64,000 nt of DNA from the human T2T-CHM13v2.0 reference genome, Homo sapiens. Within the stretch, counting starts at the first letter, position 1. The number at the start of each line of letters is the position of its first letter. The stretch lies in the NCBI RefSeq assembly GCF_009914755.1, contig NC_060933.1, one strand, 5' to 3'. Shown here piece after piece: positions 22,626-38,756 of this stretch. The translations under genes were made by a program, and so were the position numbers. The notes beneath the pieces are model-generated. The model saw nothing but the letters and a program-made list of their open reading frames with translations, was not told the DNA's origin and ran no database searches.

Positions 22626-23345
22626 AAAAACAGGATCGCATGACAGTCAAGTTGCCCATGGCCTTTTGCAGGTTTCCTTCCTTTAATCAAAGGATATTTT
22701 AAACGTTAAACTTTTATTTTGAAATAACTTTAAACCTTTACAGGAAAGTTGCAAAAATGACATTGTTATGCATTATTAACATTTTGTCTGGCTTACTTTA
22801 TTATTCCCTCTAAACTCATACAGATGATGATGACTTTTGAGCGTTTTGAAACTAAGTTGCAGACACCGTAACCCTTTATCACTAAACATGTGAACAAGGA
22901 TATTCTCTTGCGTACTCCCAGCACAGTGATCAAAATCGGGGATTTTACACTGATGTCCTGGTGCTATCTACTCCGCAGCCCACACTCAGATGTCACCGAT
23001 TGTCCCAATAACATTCTTGTTTTCTGATCCATAACCCAACCCAGGGCCACACATTGCGCTCATTATTGTATTTGTCCTCTTGGGTCTGGAACAGGCCTCT
23101 GTCCTTGTCTTTTTGAGGGGTGCAGCCTAGTTACTTGTAGACTGCCTGCTTGGGTTTTTCTGCTGTTTGTCCACAGTTTGATTGAGGCTGTGCCTTTTCC
23201 TGGAGTGAGGCTGTGCTCTTCTCCCTGCGTCCTGCCCGGTGACGCAGTCTCTGCATCCCATTCCTGGGGATATTCACTTGATAAAGGGCGTGTCTGTCAG
23301 GACTCTTCAGGTGAAGTTGGGTTTTTTCCCCTATTAAGTTTCTTG

Positions 23346-24054
<709 letters not shown>

Positions 24055-24908
24055 TCATCTGAGCTGGAAGCCGTTCTGTTCTGGGCCCTGAGCCAGGTGA
24101 GGGTGGTTGAGGCCCTTGAGTTGCTGGCAGGTGGGTGGGGAAGCTGGTGGACAGGACGACAAAGTCAGCAGGCCCTCACAGGCTGCCCAGTGGGCATCAT
24201 CAGGGGAGGCAGAGGCAAAGTGGCCTGGGCAGGAGGACCCGATTGGGGAGCACAGAGGCGACAGGTGGGCAGCATTCAGCACACGTGTCTGGGGTTCAGA
24301 TGCCAGATGGAGACATGGCAGCAAGGAGGTGCTGCAGGGTGCGAGGGGAGGCACAGGGAGCCGGTGAGCAGAGCTGGGTACACGTGGAGCGCGAGGGTCT
24401 CAGCACCTGATTGGAATACTGGTGCGTTTATATCGAGAGCGATCTGCAGAAGGACTCCCCGAGCTGCTTCTAGGCATAAGGACAAGCCCTGGCCCGATAC
24501 CCAGTGGGGATGGTTGGGCGAAGCTCTGCCTGATTTCTCAGCAGAGGGGTCGAAGGAGCCCTGCTTAGGCCCACGGGTGGGTGAGAGTGGGGAAAAGCCA
24601 CTCTTGACGGGAGGAGACAGTCCTGTCCAGGCATTTATTTTCTCCACCGAGGATGCGTATAAGAGAGCCAGCTCTGGGCCAAGGGCCAGCCTGCCTGGGG
24701 TTCCAGTTCTTGCTCCATTGGTCAGTCTCTCTGAGCCTCAGTTTCCCTCGTTGTAAAGTGTGGTCTGTGTCAGCCATGTCTTGAAGGACAGTCAGTTCTG
24801 GGCAGCCAGTTCCGGGCAGCTTCCTGGGGCTGTGGTGGCCAGAAGCCGGTGGGGCTGGCATCCACACACGTGTCCTTGGAGTGCCCAATGCTCCCTCTGT
24901 CCCCACAG

Positions 24909-25047
24909 AAGCAGGAGGTATGCGGGAACCTGACGCTGCAGCACCACATGCTGGAGCCCGTGCAGAGGGTCCCCCGGTACGAGCTGCTGCTCAAGGACTA
25001 TCTGAAGAGGCTCCCGCAGGACGCCCCAGACCGGAAGGATGCGGAGA
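24909..25047 (+). CDS. FGD3: FGD3 coding exon (DH CR3; [31 protein letters not shown]...)
   Basis: ccacag| and GA|gtgagc; 139 nt, phase 0-1; PVQRxPRYxLLL DH signature. Confidence 0.97.
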
Positions 25048-25109
25048 GTGAGCTGGGGCCAAGGGCTCCCAGGAGGGTGCAGGGGCACCTGCCAAGAACT
25101 CTGGGGGTG

Positions 25110-25420
25110 GGGAGAGAGGGAGAGAGAGAGTCGTGGGGTCATGGGGGTAGGGGAGAGAGAAACAGAGAGACCAGAGGGAAAGAGACAGAGACAGAGACAG
25201 AGGCAGGGGAGGGAGAGAGATGGAGACAGGGAGAGAGATAGGGAGATGTCAGGGAAAGAGAGGGAGAGGGAGGGAGAAACAGAGGGGAGGAGAGAGAGAC
25301 ACACAGAGACAGAGGAAGGAGGGGGAGAGAGAGGGATGGAGAAACAGACAGAGGGGAGGAGAGAGAGACACACAGAGACAGAGGAAGGAGGGGGAGAGAG
25401 AGAGAAAGAGAGAGAACAAG
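25110..25420 (+). repeat. GA-rich purine tract with a ~69-bp internal duplication
   Basis: TEGRRERHTETEEGGGER appears twice, 23 codons apart, in the ORF track. Confidence 0.85.
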
Positions 25421-25882
25421 TGAGCCCCCTAGCAGCCCAGGAAGGGACTTAGCATCTTTGAGGGCAGAGAAAAATCTCCCCTGCTTGAAGTATGCGGGTG
25501 GACATTGGTCTGGGGAAGGTGCTACTAAATGCTGGCCCTGTTCAGAGCTTAGGCCCCAGGAATGGGCCTCATAGGGCTGGTGGGGGCTGCTCCTGGTCCA
25601 AGGGCAGCAACTGGTGTGGCTGGCAGGCAGCCCGGACAGGCGTCTGTGCAGAATCGTGGGAGCCCCCTGCCTGGTATTGGCCCCAGAAGGGATGTGTCTG
25701 CAGGGTCAGAGGCAGGGTCACCCCCTTCCTCTGGGCCAGTCCTCTAGAGTAGCCCAGGCACCCTGGGAAAGGCTGAGGGCAGAGACAGATCCTCTCTCTG
25801 GAGGCAGCTGCCCTGGAGCCCCTCAGGCAAGCAAAAACGGAGCCACCGTGGCCCCAGGCTGAACACAGTCTTCTTCCTGCAG

Positions 25883-25941
25883 GGTCCTTGGAGCTCATCT
25901 CCACAGCCGCCAACCACTCCAATGCTGCCATTCGGAAAGTG
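25883..25941 (+). CDS. FGD3: FGD3 coding exon (end of DH; RSLELISTAANHSNAAIRKV)
   Basis: cctgcag| and GTG|gtgagt; 59 nt, phase 1-0. Confidence 0.96.
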
Positions 25942-26244
25942 GTGAGTGTGGGGCTCCAGTGGCGACCGGCAGGGTGGTGCAGCAAGAGTGAGGGCCAGGG
26001 GCCCTTGTGGGCCAGCCCCTTTGCCGCTATCCTTTGGGGGGCTCCACAAGTGACTCTTTTATACCTCCTTCCACCCCCATCCCCAGGGGGGTCAGCTGGA
26101 CAGCCCCGCCCCTTGCTATAATAGACCTGTGTCCTTGGTGAGTTATTTAGCACTCTATGCCTTAGTTTCCCCATCTATAAAATGGGAGCCCCGACAGAGC
26201 CTGTCTCACTGGGCATCTGTGGAGAGTAAAAGAATCACTCTATG

Positions 26245-27377
<1,133 letters not shown>

Positions 27378-27494
27378 TCAATCTACATAGAATGCTCAGA
27401 ACAGGACCTGCCTGGTGCAGGAAGTGTCAATGCTCAGTGTTATTGTCATTCATTCACTCACTAAAGCTGCATTAGTCCCTTCATGGACTGGCTC

Positions 27495-27750
27495 TGTGCT
27501 CACCCAGCCCCCTGGGACATGACAGGTGCACACCCAGCCCTCTTAGTGCACACCAGGTGCTTGCCCAGCCCTCCCAGTACATTCCAGGTGCATGCATTTC
27601 TCCACTATTAGACACCAGCTGCACACGCAGCTCCCCAGTACATACCAGGTTCACACCCAGCCCCCCTGGTACACACCAACTGCACACCCAGCCCCCAGTA
27701 GTGGGCAGGTGCACACCCAGCTCCCCTGTGTATATACCAGGTACCTGCCC
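27495..27750 (+). repeat. degenerate ~31-bp minisatellite, ~8 units (caggtgcacacccagccc...)
   Basis: unit cores at 27523, 27554, 27585, 27616, 27646, 27677, 27706, 27738. Confidence 0.85.
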
Positions 27751-28520
27751 ATTCCCCCAGTTCTCAAAAGACCCTCACCCCTACCCTAGTCTGCTCCTCT
27801 AAGCTCTCTGCTGCTGGCTCCTCTGGTGCCCCCCACACCCTGTGCCCACTTGCACCTACCTGCATTGGTGCCAGAGACGGAAGGGTCAGCCAAACCCAGC
27901 CGCCTCCAGGATGTACAGGCTGAGATCACTCAGGTCCAAGGACGGGGCTTCCAAGGCACAGCAGGTACAGACTCAGACATGTGGCTGTTGTCGAGGTTGC
28001 CGCAGGCTCACCTCTGCGTTCTGCTACACTGGCGTCTGGCTCAGAGCTGAAGCATGAGCTTTGACGCTGTCCCATCGCACTTCTGGGTGCTGGTTACCCA
28101 TGTGACCACCCCACCAGTCACCATGGTCAGGGGAAGGTGACATATGGATTGTCCGAGTCTGGGTCTCAGATACTCAACTGACCGCTCTGTGCCTCAGTTT
28201 CCTTGTCTGTAAAATGAAGATAACAATGGCACTCACCTCACTAGGTGAGTTAAAACATGTATCATGTAGAACAGCACATGGCTCACAGCAATGGTTAGCT
28301 CTGTTCCTGTTTATCGTTGTTTTTATGCTCTGCATGGTGAACTCCTATTCATCCTTCAATACCCAACTCAAACATCACTCTGTTTTCCCTCCCACCCTTG
28401 TCAGTAGCTCATTGCCCTCTCTGGATTCTGGGCCACGGTTGCAGGGAAGGACTCCGTGCATCTCTAGGTCACCAGCCACTCTCACAGACCTTTGGTGCCT
28501 GAGTCCCATGTCTCTTGCAG

Positions 28521-28667
28521 GAGAAAATGCACAAGCTCTTGGAGGTGTACGAGCAGCTGGGTGGGGAAGAAGACATTGTCAACCCGGCCAATGAACTGAT
28601 CAAGGAGGGCCAAATCCAGAAACTGTCAGCCAAGAACGGCACCCCCCAGGACCGCCACCTCTTCCTG
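28521..28667 (+). CDS. FGD3: FGD3 coding exon (start of PH1; EKMHKLLEV...[10 protein letters not shown]...RHLFL)
   Basis: ttgcag| and CTG|gtgagc; 147 nt, phase 0-0. Confidence 0.97.
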
Positions 28668-29275
28668 GTGAGCCTGGCCCCTGCCAGCCCAGCCGCAGAG
28701 CCTCCCTTGCCATTTGCCTCAAGCCCAGGGCAGTGCCAGGAGGGCTCTGGCTGCCCAAGGACATGGCTCTTCTGTGGCCTCTCCTACTGGGACTGTGGCT
28801 CCCTCTGAGACCCTCAGCATCCCTCCCCCAGCCATAGGGAGCCTCCCTCCTCCACATCCAGACACCAAACTTTTGCCAGTGGCTCTTCCCCATTTGCTGC
28901 AAATATCTCATTTTTTAATCCCTCGTAGCCCATACCTCTTTCGTCCCCAGAACTGAGCAGACTTCAGCTTGTAGCAACCAGGACAGCACAGAGAACTGTA
29001 GCAGTGAATCACAGTTTCAACTATTCCTGAGCCAAACCCTGGCCGGGAGGGAGGGGGAAGGTGGGATGGAAGTGTAATTCGAGACCCCCCCGGGTGCCAT
29101 GGCGCGGTAGAAACAGATGTGGTTCTTCTTTCCTCCTCCATTTTCCTCTAGCTTCTGATTCTCCTTGAATAAACAATTATTTCTTTGAAAGGTTTTTTTT
29201 TAAGTTTTTAAAAATTACGTTAACTAAAACTCATTTTTGCTTTACAGTTCTGAGTTTTGACTAATACAGTTGTGA

Positions 29276-30140
<865 letters not shown>

Positions 30141-30405
30141 GGTTTTTTTTTAAATTATACAATTAGCTCATGTTCATGGTTTAAAAATTTAAAAATAGAA
30201 ATGAACAAAAATAAAGCTAGCGACTAGAGTCTCCTCACTCAAAGATGTAACCATAGTTAAAATTACTGCACATATCTTTTAAAAATATTTTTCACTTTAT
30301 AACATTAAAAAAAAATGAAAAGGATCCCATGTGAGAAGCTCACTGGGGCCCCTGGGGGGACCTGCGGGCAGCTCTCGTTCCTCACCTGTGCCATCCCTCT
30401 TGCAG

Positions 30406-30498
30406 TTCAACAGCATGATCCTTTACTGTGTGCCCAAGCTGCGGCTCATGGGCCAGAAGTTCAGCGTCCGGGAGAAGATGGACATCTCAGGCCTCCAG
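30406..30498 (+). CDS. FGD3: FGD3 coding exon (PH1; FNSMILYCVPKLRLMGQKFSVREKMDISGLQ)
   Basis: ttgcag| and CAG|gtgggt; 93 nt, phase 0-0. Confidence 0.96.
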
Positions 30499-30580
30499 GT
30501 GGGTGAGCTCCTCCATCTCAAACCTGTCCCCCTGGAAGGGGCACTGAGCAGGACTGGGGACACCAGGCTCTGGCCGCTGA

Positions 30581-31960
<1,380 letters not shown>

Positions 31961-32804
31961 TAATGAAACAACCTTAAAAAAAGGTATTTTCTCTAGTTAG
32001 TGTTTTTTTTCTTAACCTGAATTCAGAGAATTTCAAGGTAAGAAGGGATTTTTGGTGGCATTAAGCAAATGATTACATATTTTGATTTAGCAAATATTTT
32101 TGGAGCACCCATTAATTCAAAGCCCTCCCGACAGGGGACAGGGACCCATTCCAGTCCCCCAACTACCCCACTGCAATGAGACATGGAACAGGCGTGAGCT
32201 ACTGCGCCCGGCCATGGTCTCTGTGGTCTTATCCTGATGGAAGAGGATGGAATCTGTGGCTGCGGTTCTATGAAGAAGTGACCCCATTTTCATTAGTTCT
32301 GGGCACACATTGTCCTATTTACATGTCTAATCTCAGGGCGCACCTGCTCAGGGGCTCAGACTCTGCAGGGTGGCTAAGGCCATCCTTGCTCTTCTCATCA
32401 GATCCCTTTCCATCCTAAGGGGACGTGGCTGCTGTGGCGGGCAGTGCCCAGTGGTGCCTGTGGGGAATGGCTTGGCTTTAAGGAGGATGGATGGGGCGAC
32501 ATGGGGAGGATGCCTGACGGGCTGGGTGTCGGGGGGGTGGGTTTGGTCAGCAGAGTTCCAAGCACAGAAGATGAGCGGTCATAGCTGTGTCTGAGCAGGA
32601 TGGGAGGCCCGCTGTCCCTGATGGACCAGCTCATGTAGCAGCCACGCTGACCTAAGCCTCTGCACCCCTCTCCCTGCAGAACTGTGGGGCTGCAGGCTCA
32701 CCTCTGTTACCTCCTTGGGGAAACACTTCTAAGTCAGAAAACATGAGGCTGGAGCTAAAATGACCAGCTTGGGTTTGCTTTGTTCTTTGTTCTTGCCCCT
32801 TCAG

Positions 32805-32884
32805 GTGCAGGATATCGTCAAGCCAAACACAGCACATACATTCATCATAACGGGAAGAAAAAGGTCCCTGGAGCTGCAGACGCG
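32805..32884 (+). CDS. FGD3: FGD3 coding exon (PH1; VQDIVKPNTAHTFIITGRKRSLELQT(R))
   Basis: long polypyrimidine tract then ttcag|; CG|gtatgg donor; 80 nt, phase 0-2. Confidence 0.95.
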
Positions 32885-32996
32885 GTATGGAACGGGCTGT
32901 TTCTAGTGAATGTCTTTGACCTCATGTCTTCTTTTTCTAAACTGGTTAACCTTGTAATATATTTTTATTTATGCATGGCTTAAAATTTAAAAGTAC

Positions 32997-33428
32997 TGTT
33001 ACTGAAGCACCAGGGTTCCGTCTATGTCCTGCGCTTGCTGCACAGAAAGCCAATCACTGAGATGATTATTGCCAAGGAAGAAGCTTTAATTGGCCGAGGA
33101 GATGGGAACTCAGTCTCAAATCCATCTCCCTGACCAACTAAAACTAGGGGCATACACAGCAGGGAATAAATGTAACAATGTGTAAGAAAACAGGAACTAG
33201 GGAGGGGCAAGGAAGCAATCATGATGAATAAAGGGTCTGGGCATCTCATTGTCTGGATGTGGTGACCTGGTGAGTTTCAGTCCCTTGATGGTTTTTTTGA
33301 GAGGCCTGAAGGTGTTTTCTGAGGAAGGAACTCAGATAAAACAAATGTTAACTTTCAAGCTTTAAGACCAGAAGGGTCAATTTGTATGTTTATCAGATAA
33401 ACTATCTATGGGACTCGGGGCGGTTTTA
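32997..33428 (-). mobile_element. ERV1 solo LTR (MER4 group) with 4-bp TSD gtac
   Basis: tgttac...gtttta termini flanked by gtac at 32993-32996 and 33429-33432. Confidence 0.7.
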
Positions 33429-33509
33429 GTACCAAGGGAAGTTGATGAAAATTAAGCCTCTGCCCACCTCCTGTTCAGCAGGCCCAGCACGTTCTTAGTC
33501 CTCTCTTGA

Positions 33510-33860
<351 letters not shown>

Positions 33861-34499
33861 TAAATCACAGATGGCTGTTTACTGTATAACCTGTCCTGCA
33901 CCTTGCTTTTTCACTTAATTTGTCAAGAATCATCCCATATCTGCACACCATTCCTAAAGCAACACAATTTTCCATTATGATCATTAGCTAGTTCCCACTG
34001 ACGAGGACCTGCGCTCCTCCCGAACCTGGCCATCACAAATGCGGCTGCAAGCAGTGTCCTTGTTTTTAGGTGTTTCTGCATATGTGTAATTGTAGCCGTC
34101 AGATTGCTGACATAGATTTGCTGGTCACAGGGTAGTGCATCTGTTTGAAATGTTGGTGGCTGTTGTCACACTACCCTTTAAGGTGATGTCAGGCTGTGCT
34201 CTGACTAGCCATACATGGGAGTTCTGTTCTCCCACACCCCACCAACAGTGGGATCTTCATAATGACCCATTATGGTCCAAGGAGGCATTGAATTACAGCC
34301 ACTGCAGAGGGCTCCACATGGCTCACCTGGCCCCACCAGGCCACGAGTGTTTTGAGGCCCTTGGGGCCAATCTTCCAATCCTTGAGCTGCGTTGACAAGC
34401 CAGTGCGTGGCTCGGGTGTGCTGCAGGGTTGAGAGAGGGCTGGTCATTTAGAGTCAGTATCCAAGACTGGATTAATACAAGACCGTTTTGGTTTTTTAG

Positions 34500-34530
34500 G
34501 ACAGAGGAAGAGAAGAAAGAATGGATTCAG
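34500..34530 (+). CDS. FGD3: FGD3 31-nt coding micro-exon (PH1 C-terminal helix; TEEEKKEWIQ)
   Basis: ttttttag| and CAG|gtgaag; phase 2-0 reconciles the flanking exons; contains the conserved PH-domain Trp. Confidence 0.94.
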
Positions 34531-34985
34531 GTGAAGCTTCTAAAGTTGTAAAGTAACCAAATGACCAAGTGATTGAGCAGTAAGGCCATTCATGTTGGTT
34601 CAGAGGGTGGGGGCCCTGGCCTCCGGGACTGCTGGCCCTGTGCTGTACCCTGCAGGGATGCAGTGACCACACTGTGCCTTCATAAGCAGCTTCAGATGCC
34701 ACAAGCCCTTCAACCCATTCATTTCTTTGAGGGCCCCCAAATAAACATGAGCGGGCCTGGTGGAGTCACAGGCCAGGTTCCCCGCTCAGGGTGGATCTCC
34801 TCAATCTGGACAGCTCCAAGGGGAGACCACATCATTGGTAGGGGGGAAGGGAGATGGCCAGTGGCCTGGGCATTGTTCTGGGAACGCCAAGGCCCGTCCT
34901 CGGGACAGAGGCAGGCGCGTCCCTCCTGTGGGTAGCATCCTCCCATGCCCCTTTATAGTCCTCACTGTTGTGTTGCTGTGTCCAG

Positions 34986-35093
34986 ATCATCCAGGCCACC
35001 ATCGAGAAGCACAAACAGAACAGCGAAACCTTCAAGGCTTTTGGTGGCGCCTTCAGCCAGGATGAGGACCCCAGCCTCTCTCCAGACATGCCT
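34986..35093 (+). CDS. FGD3: FGD3 coding exon (IIQATIEKHKQNSETFKAF...SPDMP)
   Basis: gtccag| and CCT|gtgagt; 108 nt, phase 0-0. Confidence 0.95.
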
Positions 35094-35236
35094 GTGAGTC
35101 AGTGGCCCGGGGTGCAGAGAGACCTCCAGGGGACGGGCTACCTGTGGAGAGCAGAAGGCACTGGCGTCTGGGTGGGCAGCTTGACCTCCAGGCTTTCCTC
35201 CTGCTACACCAGGGACCAGGACAGCGGGCACTCCCT

Positions 35237-35518
35237 TGTGTTAAAATAAAAACTTAAGACAAATTAAATTTAACAATTTAATTGAGCAAACAACTATTTG
35301 TGGATGGGATAACACCCACCCCCTACAACCCCTGAGACCAGAATAGGTCCAGAGAGCCTCCTGTGCTGCTGTGTGGTTGGAGAGGATTTATGGACAGAAA
35401 AAGGAAAGTGAGGCACAGAAACAGCTGGGTTGGTTACAGTTCCGCGTTTGCCTTATTTGAACATGGTTTGAACAGTCGGCCACCTTTCCATGGCAGCTTT
35501 AGGCTGAACTTAATTTCA
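35237..35518 (-). mobile_element. MER57-like ERV1 LTR (internally deleted)
   Basis: gacaaattaaatttaaca..ttaattgagcaaa and gatttatggacagaaaaaggaaagtga motifs. Confidence 0.55.
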
Positions 35519-36995
35519 CCCCTACCCACCCTCCACTAAGTGCCGCTGCAGCCTGCTGGGCCCCAGGCCCGTGGTCAGCGCCCAGCTGGGCGGGAAAGCA
35601 GGATGTGGGCGTGGAGGAAGCGCTCCTTCATGACCTGTTTGGTTGTCTGGTGCCTTCTGCACAGCATCCTACACACAAAGGTATGTTACATCATCCCCAC
35701 AGAAACTGAGTCTGAGGAGCTCTGTGACGTCCCCAGGCCATGGGTGGTGGAACTGGCATCACAGGGCTGTGGTGCGCTGCCCGCGTACCACTCTGTCTGG
35801 TCTAGCACAGCCTATGACTGCAGACACCTTTCTGTGTTTGTATTTCCCTCCCAGTGCCCCCGTGCCCTGGGAGATGGTGGCTCAGAGCCCCTTGAGGGAA
35901 GCAATAGGAGCATCTCACTCCCCATCCTCACGTGGAGCTGCCCCAAGGGCCCAGGGGGATTTCACATGGAGACTTAGGCTGGGAAAGAGGCGGGGCTGCA
36001 GGGTCCTTGCCGAGAAGCCTGGCCAGGGAGTCAGGGCTGCAGCCCCAGGGCCAATCCCCGGCCATTTCTCCTCCCGGGGCTTCCCTGGAGTCAGGGAGAG
36101 AGGATTGGGTGAGGAGGCCGATCTCTGCCCGCTGCGAGGAAGGCCCTGGAGTCACTGGCCCTGGACAAGGCATAGGGGTTGGAAGTGTAGCAAGGACATA
36201 TCCAGGGAGGCACCCAGGAGAGACGGTGCCCTGAACCCTATGCCAGGCCCTCTGCTCCAGCCTTCACGGGGGCACCAGGCATGACTCAGAGTGAGGGTGC
36301 CCCAACTCTCGCCGCCTGACCCAGACCCCGCAGGCCTGAATCCCAACTCCAGGCTGGTTCTGCCCTCCCTACCACCTCCAGGGGTCTGCCTGGCACAGCC
36401 CACCTCCCCCATATCCACTTCATATTTGTATCAAGTCCGCTAGGTTTTTTCTGCTTTCTGCATTTACTTTGCAAGAACTTTGCACCATCCAGAAAGAAAG
36501 AGTCCTGGGACTGCCTTGAGTGGAGGTGACCTGGGAATGTGAGACACTGAGCCTGGCTGTCCTTAAGTCTGGCCAAGCCCTTTCTGTTCAGAGGCTGAGC
36601 CCGGAGCCTCACTGTGCTGAGAAAGTCGGGGAGCTGCAGAGACTCCACAAGGAACCCTGGAGGATGAGAGAGAACCCAAAGGGACCCTCCTTACTCACTG
36701 GGTGACTTGGTGTAAATTAGAGCCCCTGAATAGGGCGGGCCAGAGGGAGGCATCACCCACCAGCCACCCACCTCACTGGGAGATGCTCCTTCTAGGAGAG
36801 GCCTCCAGCTCAGGCCAGGCCCAGGGAGGGAGCAGCTTCCCCAGAGGCACAGCAAATCCTAGGCCTGGGAAATCCTGCTCCCGAGCCTGCCCTCAATGCA
36901 CAGAGGTGCTGGGGGCTTCAGGAACTGTCCCCCCGCTGCACAGTGGCTGCGTGGCCCTGGAATCTCCTCTCACTCGGCCTCTGTGTCCCTTCTAG

Positions 36996-37058
36996 ATCAC
37001 GAGCACCAGCCCTGTGGAGCCTGTGGTGACCACCGAAGGCAGTTCGGGTGCAGCAGGG
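36996..37058 (+). CDS. FGD3: FGD3 coding exon (linker; ITSTSPVEPVVTTEGSSGAAG)
   Basis: cttctag| and GGG|gtaagt; 63 nt, phase 0-0. Confidence 0.92.
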
Positions 37059-38464
37059 GTAAGTGCCCCATGCTCAGCGGTCAGCAGGGGTGAAAGGCAG
37101 AGCAGGGGGTCAGACCAGGATGACCTATAGGGAAGATGGAGAGGGAGGGTCAGACCAGGGCCTCCTGGAGGCGGAGGGCTGAGGGGCCAGTCTGCCCTGC
37201 TCACTGTGACTGGGGGCCTGGGTGTGCGGAGGTGAAGCTATGTCTGAGTCCAGGCACTGATGAATTGTGTGGTCACTGCAGGGGACTCTGTAAGGTGGGC
37301 ACGCAGAGGCCTGTCAGTGTGGGGATGTCCATTACCTGGTTGGAGGTGGTCACACAGCTGGGCACACATGTGAGAATCTTCTGAGCTCCAAGTGAACATT
37401 TATGCTCTTAACATGTGTGAATCGTCCCATAAAGCATGTATTAACAGTGCAAGGTCCTTAGGAGGCTCGGTAATGCAGAGGACTGCTTAGTTCTTCACCC
37501 CAAGCAGCGGCCAGGGAGGCCTAAGCCTCCCTGCCTCTCCCCGTCTGTGTTCTCGTGTGCCTTATGGCAGCCAGCCCACAAGGGTGCTGCTCCGGCCAGG
37601 CAGACTGTGTCCACGCGCCCGCCTGCCAGGGGATAGGGAACTGGGATAAGGCCTGCCTCCCTCCGTTTAATCTGGGAAGTTAAAGAGGATGAGGGCCGAG
37701 AGCATCTGTACCTGGAGCCATCATCATTGGTGCCCAGGCCTGGCACTCACCAACGCTGACAGCAACATCACCGTGGAGCACCCCGATGTGGCTGCTGTGC
37801 CCAGATGCAGGAGGGTGATTCTCCAGGTGCCTCGCCTCACCCCATGCTGTGCAGGCCCAGGAATGACATGGCCCCAGATGGCTGCCCTAGCCCCATCCAA
37901 GACGGGTCTTTCCAGGTGGGCTGGCCGCTGGCTGCCCCCTCCCATGACCTGAGCTTTACCAGGCCCCACCCATCATGATCTGGGCTGGCCGGGCACTGGG
38001 AAACCATGAAGAAACTCAGGAGGCCTCGGGAAAGATGTAGTGCTTCAGGGGCACGACGGAGTGTGGAGGCGTGGGGGGCTTGCACATACATCCCAACGGG
38101 CAAGAGGAGAGACCCCAGATTCACAAAGCGCAGCCACCTGGCCTCTGCAGAGCAGACAGGCACCCTGCAGGGACATCTTATTAACACTGAAACGAGGAAG
38201 TCTGACACGGGGTGGGCAGCTTGGGGGAAAGTGGTGCCCTGGCCTCCTAGGAGAGAATCTCCTCTCACTTGTCTCTTCTTGTGTCTGGCCTCACCCAGCT
38301 TCCTGGCCACCCTCCCCTGAGATGCCCTGGGTTCCCCTTGCCCTGCTAGGCCCCAGGGCCTTGACACCTGCTGTTTGCTCTGTCCAAGTCTATGAAGCCC
38401 TGTAGCCTGCCCCGGGGGACCCTGATAAAAATGTCTCAATGACAGGAACCCGCCCATCAGCAAC

Positions 38465-38756
<292 letters not shown>

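Noticed and set aside
27495-27750. 31-bp periodic array as CRISPR
   Set aside because: units are contiguous, mutually related tandem repeats with no unique spacers
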